The position numbers and the translations under genes were made by a program. From Chrysochromulina tobinii (taxonomy: Eukaryota), in the NCBI GenBank assembly GCA_001275005.1, contig JWZX01002060.1, positions 1-32,179 of the forward strand: 32,179 bases of DNA, given 5' to 3'. Of the stretch, positions 21,829 to 30,168 are shown piece by piece. The notes under the pieces are model-generated. The model worked only from the letters and a program-made list of their open reading frames with translations, was not told where the DNA came from and ran no database searches. The stretch's first letter is position 1. Each line of letters starts with the position of its first letter.

Positions 21829-24800
21829 ATGCACGCAGCGCTGGCGCTTGCGAACGTCGCAGTCAACAACGACATCAACAAGGTCGCCATCGAAGGCCGC
21901 ATCACGCCGCTCGTCGCAGTTGCCGCATCAGGCACGGAGGAGCAAAAGGAGTACGCGGCGATGGCGCTTGCAAACATCGCAGTCAACGCCAACAACAAGG
22001 TCGCCATCCGCCGGGAAGGCGGCATCGCGCCGCTCGTCGCACTTGCCGCATCAGGCACGGAGAAGCAAAAGGAGTATGCAGCGATGGCGCTTGCATACCT
22101 CGCAGTCAACGCCAACAACAAGGTCGCCATCGCCGAGGCAGGCGGCATCGCGCCGCTCGTCGCACTTGCCGCCTTAGGCACGGAGAAGCAGAAAGAGAAC
22201 GCAGCGCTGGTGCTTGCAGACCTCGCAGCCGGCAACGCCAACAACAAGGTCGCCATCGCCGAGGCAGGCGGCATCGCGCCGCTCGTCGCACTTGCTGTAT
22301 CAGGCACGGAGAAGCAAAAGGAGAACGCAGCACGGGCTCTTGCGTACCTCACAGTCAACGCCAACAACCAGGTCGCCATCGCCGAGGCGGGCGGCATCGC
22401 GCCGCTTGTCGCACTTGCCGCATCAGGAATGGAGAAGCAAAAGGAGTACGCAGCGCGGGCGCTTGCAAACCTCACATTCGACCACGCCAACAACAAGGTC
22501 GTCATCGCGAAGTCGGGCGGCATCGCGCCGCTCGTCGCACTTGCCGCATCAGGCACGGAGAAGCAAAAGGAGTACGCAACGCAGGCGCTTGCAAACCTCG
22601 CAGTCAACGACAACAACCAGGTCGCCATCGCCGAGTTTAACGGCATCGCGCCGCTCGTCGCACTTGCCGATTCAGGCACGGAGGAGCAAAAGGAGTACGC
22701 AGCGCTGGCGCTTGCGAACCTCGCAGCCGGCAACGCCAACAACGAGGTCGCCATCGCCGAGGCGGGCGGCATCGCGCCGCTCGTCGCACTTGCCGCATCA
22801 GGCACGGAGAAGCAGAAGGAGAACGCAGCGCAGGCGCTTGCAGACCTCGCAGTCAACGACAACAACCAGGTCGCCATCGCCGAGGCGGGCGGCATCGCGC
22901 CGCTCGTCGCACTTGCCGCATCAGGAACGGAGGAGCAAAAGGAGAACGCAGCGCTGGCGCTTGCAAACCTCGCAGTCAACGACAACAACCAGGTCGCCAT
23001 CGCCGAGGCGGGCGGCATCGCGCCGCTCGTCGCACTTGCCGCATCAGGCACGGAGGAGCAAAAGGAGTACGCAGCGCTGGCGCTTGCAGGCCTCGCGGGC
23101 CTCGCAGGCCTCGCAGGCAACGCCAACAACAAGGTCGCCATCGCCGAGGCGGGCGGCATCGCGCCGCTCGTCGCACTTGCCGCATCAGGCACGGAGGAGC
23201 AAATGGAGTACGCAGCGATGGCGCTTGCAAACCTCGCAGTTAACGTCTACATCAAGTTCGCCATCGCCAAGGCGGGCGGCATCGCGCCGCTCGTCGCACT
23301 TGCCGCATCAGGCACGGAGAAGCAAATGGAGTACGCAGCGCTGGCGCTTGCAAACCTCGCAGTCAACGACAACAACCAGGTCGCCATCCCCGAGGCGGGC
23401 GGCATCGCGCCGCTCGTCGCACTTGCCGCATCAGGCACGGAGAAGCAAAAGGAGAACGCAGCGCTGGCGCTTGCAAACCTCGCATTCACCGCCAACAACC
23501 AGGTCGCCATCGCCGAGGCGGGCGGCATCGCGCCGCTCGTCGCACTTGCCGCATCAGGCACGGAGGAGCAAAGGGAGTACGCAGCGCTGGCGCTTGCGGG
23601 CCTCGCAGGCCTTGCAAGCCTCGCAGGCAACGCCAACAACAGCATCGCCATCGCCGAGGCGGGCGGCATCGCGCCGCTCGTCGCACTTGCCGCATCAGGC
23701 ACGGAGAAGCAAATGGAGTACGCAGCGCTGGCGCTTGCGAACCTCACATTCGACAACGCCAACAACAAAGTCGTCATCGTGAAGTCGGGCGGCATCGCGC
23801 CGCTCGTCGCACTTGCCGCATCAGGCACGGAGAAGCAGAAGGAACACGCAGCGATGGCGCTTGCAAACCTAGCATTCGGCAATGCCAACAACCAGGTCGC
23901 CATCCCCGAGGCAGGCGGTATCGCGACGCTTGTCACACTTGCCACCTCAGGCACGGAGGCGCAGAAGGAGAACGCAGCGCTGGCGCTTGCAAACCTCGCA
24001 GACGATGCCAACAATGATGTCGCCATCGCCGAGGCGGGCGGCATCGCGCCGCTCGTCGCACTTGCCGCATCAGGCACGGAGAAGCAAAAGGAGTATGCAT
24101 CACATGTGCTTCTGCACTTTCGATACAGCCGATCAGGCAGAGGCGCCGCCTCGGGCGTCATCACAGTTGACGCGCACGACGACGAGCATCTCTCGGACAA
24201 AGAGCCTGTCCCCGACGACAACATGCTCGAAGAGCTCGGACGACGTCTATGTGAGGCTGAGGCGTTGGCCCTTCAGCTGCAGATTCAGTTGGACTGCGAG
24301 CGGCAGAGTGCTCGGGAGGCATTAGAGCGTGAGCGGCAGAGTGCTCGGGAGGCATTAGAGCGTGAGCGGCAGAGTGCTCGGGAGGCAAGGGAGGCTTCCC
24401 TTGGGCGGCGGCTAATGGCTCTTGAGGCGCAAATCTCGCGCACCACGGAGCTGCTCCATCAGGTGGGCTCACCCTCTCCACGGACTGCCATTGATGACCT
24501 CTGATGACCTCTGATGACCTCTGATGACCTCTGATGACCTCTGATGACCTCTGATGACCTCTGATGGCCTCTGATGGCCTCTGATGGCCTCGGATGGCCT
24601 CGAATTGCCTATGTGTGCCTGGGATTGCCGCTGATGCGCCATCAGATGAAGCGCAAGGAGTTGTCCAAGCCGCTCACCCTGCAGCTGCGTCGGAGCTCCT
24701 TGGCTGCGGACTTGCTGTATGAGGCGGCGACCAAGCTGCAGCCGGCCCACATGCTCTTCGCCCACGTGCGCGTCGAATTCGGCCAAGAGGAGGGACGTGA

Positions 24801-27800
24801 CGAGGGCGCGCTCACCATCAACGCGTTCGGCTCGTTCCACACGTCCCTGTACACGACGCCCGCCACGGCGCGCTTCTGGCAGACCACGAGCTCGGGCAGG
24901 TGAGTGCCGGTATCTGATGACCGCTGATGACCACTGATGACCACCGATGACCACTGATGACCTCCCTCATTAGGTACGTACCGGTATCGGAGGCCAGCAT
25001 AGCGCACAGGCTGCCGCTCATGCTGCCTTTCCGCGAGGGGGACGTGATCAAAATCCGAGCGCGGGCGAGATGGATGGGGCGGAGGCGGTGGCGACGGCGA
25101 CGGCAGTGGTGATGGCACTGGCGGCGGCGGCGGCGGCGGCGGGGGGAGCAGCGACGGCACCACAGCTGTGAATGTGAATGTCGACGGCACCGACATCCGT
25201 GCCCACAGTCGGCAGCGTGGTCACCGCTCGTTGGAAGGCGCGAGGATCGAAATGGTTTGGAGCACGCGTGAAAACTATCAATGATGACGGCACCTTTGGG
25301 ATCATGTATGACGATGGCGACGAAGATCACAAGGTGAGCATATGATGACCTCTGGTGGCCTCTGATGGCCTCTGATGACCTCTGATGACCTCTGATGACC
25401 TCCGGTGGCCTCTGATGACCTCTGATTGCCTCGGATGACCTCTAATGGCCTCTGATGACCTCTAATGACCTCTGATGGCCTCCGATGACAGGTGACCAGA
25501 AACAACATCCGCGTGGGACACGAGATGGTCGCCGCCGCAGGCTCGGCTTCCGCCGCGCCACCCGCCAAACGTCAGCGGACGGGCGGCGCCGGGGCCTCCA
25601 CCGCCGCGGGTCGTGTCGACGGTGACGAGGGTGATCGAATGGCGTGCGATGCGGAGACGGTCTACCGGCTGTGCGGGCGAGTGCTTGCCAAGGCGCTCCT
25701 TCAGGTGGGCTGCCGCTGATGAGCACTGATGACATCCCTGATTGGCGCTGATGACCACTGATGACATCCCTGATTGGCGCTGATGACCACTGATGACATC
25801 CCTGATTGGCGCCGACTGTCACTGATGGCTCGATGTGATCGGTTGCAGGGATGCGACTGTTGCGTGGACGACCGGCTGCCGCTCTACGTGCTCGAGTACG
25901 CTGATGAAAGCTGATGACCATCCATGACCTCTGATGACCACAATGATGACCTCTGATAATCTCTGATGACCACGATGGTGACCACAATGGTTACCTCAGA
26001 TGACCACCAATGGTGACCTCTGATAATCTCTGATGACCCCTGATGACCTCCCTCATCAGGTACCTCGCCACCGACAACTGCACGTCGCTCAACGCGCTCG
26101 ACACGGCGCTCGAGCAGCTGCGCGCGGTGGACGCGGCGCATGCAACCTTCCTCGAGAGGATCCACACCGACGGCGTCGCGCGCACCACTGCCGCCATCAC
26201 CGGCGAGCCGCTACGTACGTGCGACCTCTACACGCTGTACTCGGAGTTGGGCGTGGCCTGCCCAACTTGCACTGCGGCGACGCAGCCTATGCAAAGGTTG
26301 ATCTGCCCCCTCCTCGACCCGGCCACACCCGTCCCACCCCAGCTCCTGCTCGATGTGATCCATTACACGCTGGTAGGCAGGTGAGGGCTGCCACTGATTG
26401 CCACTGAAAGCATCCCTGAAGGCCGTTGATTACCATTGATGGCACTGATGTGATCTCTGAGTGCCAGCAATTGGCACTGATGACCGATGTGATCCTTAAC
26501 ACTGATGACCGATGTGATCCGTCACACGATGTGAGCAACGGTCGTTGATTACCACTGATGACCGATGTGATCCGTTACACGATGTGGGCAGCCGGCGTGC
26601 GCATCTGACGGCGCTCAAGAACGGCTTCCAGGGCGCCGACCAGCTCGAGGGTGTGAATTCACAGTCCTCGTTTGGCTTCTCGATGTACGACTTCTCAGGC
26701 GAGTGGCTGATTGCCACTGATGGCCACTGATGGCCTCTGATGGCCTCTGATGGCCTCTGATGGCCTCTGATGGCCACTGATTGAAACTGATTATACTACT
26801 GGTTGCCACTGATGCTTCTCGACACCACAGCGGCCCTCGCGACGCTCGCTCCGGACGAGATCGCACTGCGGCTGCGTGGCCGGGCGGTTGGATCTGCCGA
26901 CGAGCTCGCGGGTCTACTCCGCTACGAGATGCACCCGACGACTCCCGTGGCCGCGGACGTGTTTGATTGCATGTGCGAGTGGTTCAGTGCGCTCATCCGA
27001 AAGTTCGACTCGGAGCAGCTCGCGACTTTTTTGAGCTTTGCGACGGCGAGGCGGAACTTCCGCTCCGCGCCGGACGAGGCGCGTGCCTTTTGATGACCTC
27101 TGATGACCTTCCGATGACCTTCCGATGACCTTCTGTGATGACCGCTGATGACCTCTGATGACTCCTGATGGTGATGGATTGCCCCCCTCATCAGGAGCGT
27201 GATGCTGTCTTCGTGTGCATGTACCCGGACGAGAAGGCACGCGCCCCCTTAGCGCTCGACCAGGTGCGGCTCACCCTAAGCCTGTTTGAAGACGAAGCCC
27301 TCTTGACGAAGCCCTCTTCACGAAACCCTCTTGAATCCTAAGCTCCACCCTAATCCTAATCCTAAGCCTACCCCGACCTTAATCCCCGACCCCTACCCTC
27401 ACCACAATCAGGTGCGGCTGGGCGCGAATGCCGACGCGCTCACCGCGTCCACGTGCAGCCGTCGTGTCTACTGTCCGTGGCGCCCGGGGATGGACTCGAG
27501 GGCGCTCGAGCACACGGTGAGGCCTTCCACCTCCACCTTCTCTGCCGTTGCTCTCACCGCCACCGCTCTCGCCCCCGTTCTCACCGGCACCGCCGACGTT
27601 TCCTCCGTCGCTACCCTCACCTTCGCCACATCGCCAATAGCGTTCCACAGCTGATGGCCTCTGATGACCACTCGGAGGACCTCTCTGAGGACCTCTCTGA
27701 GGACCTCTCTGAGGACCTCTCTGAGGACCTCTCTGAGGACCTCTCTGAGGACCTCCGTGATGACCTCAGACTGATGACCTCTCTGATGACCAACCTCATC

Positions 27801-27877
27801 AGGTGCTGCACACGCTCGAGATCTTTGCCAACGAAGAGAGGCACACCAAGGGAGGCGCTGCGTTTGGCTACGAGTGA
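21829..27877 (+). CDS. Armadillo-repeat / Tudor-like / HECT E3 ubiquitin ligase, ~1400 aa, ~12 exons: 21829-24462, 24646-24899, 24974-?, ~25209-25333, 25492-25704, 25849-25895, 26060-26380, 26592-26698, 26831-27078, 27195-27263, 27412-27516, 27803-27877
   Basis: HECT blocks appear in order after splicing: LQLRRSSL, VRVEFGQEEGRDEGALT, YRLCGRVLAKALLQG, LEQLRAVD, LTALKNGF, LAPDEIALRLRG, EWFSALIRKFDSEQLATFLSFATA, LTASTCSRRVYCP (catalytic Cys codon 27454-27456) and terminal AFGYE* with the -4 Phe. Splice phases are consistent for exons 1-3 and 4-12. Only the exon 3/4 junction is unresolved. Confidence 0.85.
21835..24115 (+). repeat. Tandem array of 18 near-identical armadillo repeats (mostly 123 or 126 bp) plus a partial N-terminal unit
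   Basis: Consensus NANNQVAIAEAGGIAPLVALAASGTEKQKEYAALALANLAV. The DNA core GGCATCGCGCCGCTCGTCGCACTTGCCGCATCAGG recurs almost unchanged. Confidence 0.95.
24492..24600 (+). repeat. (CTGATGACCT)n 10-bp satellite in ARM-HECT intron 1 (24463-24645)
   Basis: About 11 tandem units grading from GATGACCTCT to GATGGCCTCT. Related arrays occur in introns at 24900, 25334, 25705, 25896, 26699, 27079, 27517 and 28894. Confidence 0.95.
27675..27755 (+). repeat. 12-bp minisatellite (GAGGACCTCTCT)n in the last ARM-HECT intron (27517-27802)
   Basis: About 7 tandem units; a variant of the GATGACCTCT unit. Confidence 0.9.
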
Positions 27878-28309
27878 GGTCGGAAGATGGGACACACTGC
27901 CAAGGACTTGTTGTAGTGAATGTAGACAGTGGCCGATCGGGAAAAATGGTTGCGCCTTTGCAGCCTTGCTTGGATACAGGCTGGAGAGAACGACACGCTG
28001 AAATCGAGTTGGTGTTCAGATGAGAGATCGAGTGTTATGAATCGAGTTTTGTTTTGCTCACTGATCGGATTGTTCAATCAAGAAGGCTACCGTGTAAGAC
28101 TGAGTGGCGGCGGCAAGAAAGCTCACATCAAAACTTAGTTGATTTCATCGTTGCAACGTTCTTCTGTTTCAATTGGACCAATTGCATGCACAACACGTCG
28201 ACCAAGTTTTGTGAAGAAATGCCAAGGCCAAGTGCGCTTCAGCTCCTCGTCGCTGGAGCCAGTTTTGGCTTTTGCGATCGAGCAATCCATTGCTCGCGCT
28301 CGACCGCAC

Positions 28310-29456
28310 ATGCACCAGGGAGACTTTCTGCGCATCATGGAGGAGTCCTTTTCAGCCCATGGCTGCACAAAGCAACATCCGAGCGGCGGCCAGTGCAAAC
28401 GCTACCTCGGCACGCTGCACATGCTCGAGCCATATCTGAGGCCCAACATGCACGTACTCGACGTCGGCGCCAACGATCAAATGATGCAGCGTTTGTTCGA
28501 CCACTACGAGCTGGGCATCACCGTAGAGAATCTTGTGGGGGACATTCGATATCCGTGGAGAGTGAAGCGAGACCGGTACAATTTGGTCATCTCGATGGAA
28601 GTGATCGAGCACCTCAAAGACCGGCCGATTGCTGGCCTGAACGAGCTGCAACTCGCGATCGCCTTCCACTACATCGGCATGTGGAACTTTTTCATCGAGG
28701 CGCGCAATCTGCTGCAGGCGGAAGACCTCCTGCTGGTGACCACGCCCAATGCTGGCTCCTACCTCGCACTGTACAATCTGATGGCGCACCAGTCGCCCGA
28801 CATGTACTACATCCACGTGCGCGAGCTCTCGATGCTCGAGCTGATCAGCTTGCACGAGGGCGCGGGCTTCAAGATCCTCCGCAAAGAGGCCAGGTACGCT
28901 AATCGCCACTGATGGCCTCTGATGGCCTCTCTGATGGCCTCTGATGGCCTCATACGCCTCTGACGGCCTCCGTTGACCCCTGATGGCCTCCCTCATCAGG
29001 TACTTCTTTGCCCCGAGTCTCGAGGGAGGGCACTTTGCGCGCAAGGCGGCGGCATTCTTCGACGACGCGCGTAGGCATCTCGACTCGTCAGCGCGCCGTC
29101 GGCACAGCAGCGCGCAGCTGATCAACTTCAGTGCCTATCGAGGGGACGACCTTCTCTTCCTTTCCACACCGTCCTCTCGGCCGCCCAAGCATCGCCTCGA
29201 CATGGCACCAAAACCAAAGATGGGAAACACTAGCGTGGTGCACGTCATCTGCCGTGCTGATGAGCCTGGTGGTGGAAGCAACGCACGCGAGCAGCGTCAA
29301 CCCTCATCCTCCGCACCGAGCATGCAAACCACGCTCCGTCAGCAGCGCCCAACGCAGCGCCTTGCAGCTCCACCGTGGGGCGGCTCGCTTCGACCTCTTG
29401 AAGACTGTGCTCTTTCGTGGCGGCTGGGCTGGGCCTTTGCACGTTTTGCCCACTGA
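28310..29456 (+). CDS. Class I SAM-dependent methyltransferase; exons ~28310-28893 and 29000-29456 (5' end uncertain)
   Basis: Motif I HVLDVGA, YNLVISMEVIEHL, LLLVTTPN and HVRELSMLELISLHEGAGF. A phase-2 GT-AG intron (28894-28999) joins ORFs 28139..28912 and 28983..29456. Confidence 0.82.
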
Positions 29457-30168
29457 TGATGGCCTGCTGGACTCTGTCGTCGGGACCCACCCGACTTGCG
29501 TGCGGTGTTGCCTATGCCCGATGGGCCCCTGACACCGCGCCCCACCACAAGGAAAGCGCCGCCCTAGAAGAGCGCCGCCTTATAGCGCCGCGCGCCCTGG
29601 CAGGCCTTTCCCCCAATAAATGTGTCCCTCCTGAGTTTTCACCTCGAAAAACTTGTGTCGGCCTCGGAAAAGTGCCGAAAACTCACAGAGAATTTTCCGT
29701 TGGGAGGGAATCATAGACGATCTCGTTCTCAGCTTTTATGGACGAGGGGACACCTCTGCTGGCCCTTCAGGAGGTGTCGAAATCGGCCGGGAAGAGAGCG
29801 CGTGCTGGTACCTACTTGAATCTTGATCATATTCGTCGCCAGCATATGACGAATATGATCCATCTCGGGCTGGATTGTGGCCTTCCGAGCAGCACGTCGG
29901 TGGTACCGCCGCCGTGTTGCCTCTCGGGCTCCACGCAAGAAGGCCGTCGCGCGACGGAGGCCATTCAGGATGGCCTTCATGCGAGCACGTGCATTCCGTG
30001 CCCCAGCAGCAGCAGCGGCGCCGCCGGCAGCAGCAGCACTATGGCCCCAGCCTCCAGCATCACATCTTTGGGAAGAAGCCCGCTATACGCGGTGCATCCT
30101 TGCCCAGCAGGAGGCCCATACACTAGGCTCACGGTCTCCAATGGCCACCTGGGACGTGGGCCACCAAA

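Noticed and set aside
21618..24224. Long antisense and alternate-frame ORFs over the ARM array (upstream part of 20853..23192, 23247..24224, 22214..23782)
   Set aside because: Shadows of a GC-rich repeat: one stop-free unit is propagated through the array.
24463..24504. Stop at 24504 as the end of a stand-alone ARM protein
   Set aside because: It lies in satellite sequence after a good donor, and splicing to 24646 is in frame with HECT motifs. A short isoform cannot be excluded.
25056..25205. Gly-rich reading frame (GGGGDGDGSG...) as an exon
   Set aside because: Its frame matches neither the preceding HECT exon nor the Tudor exon and it is bounded by stops. More likely intron filler, though unresolved.
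24492..26059. TGATGA/CTGA motifs as intronic box C/D snoRNAs
   Set aside because: The motifs are simply the tandem satellite unit, with no unique guide region between boxes.
28219..28310. Signal-peptide-like MPRPSALQLLVAGASFGF as the methyltransferase start
   Set aside because: It is in a different frame from the catalytic domain and I could not find a convincing intron to join them.
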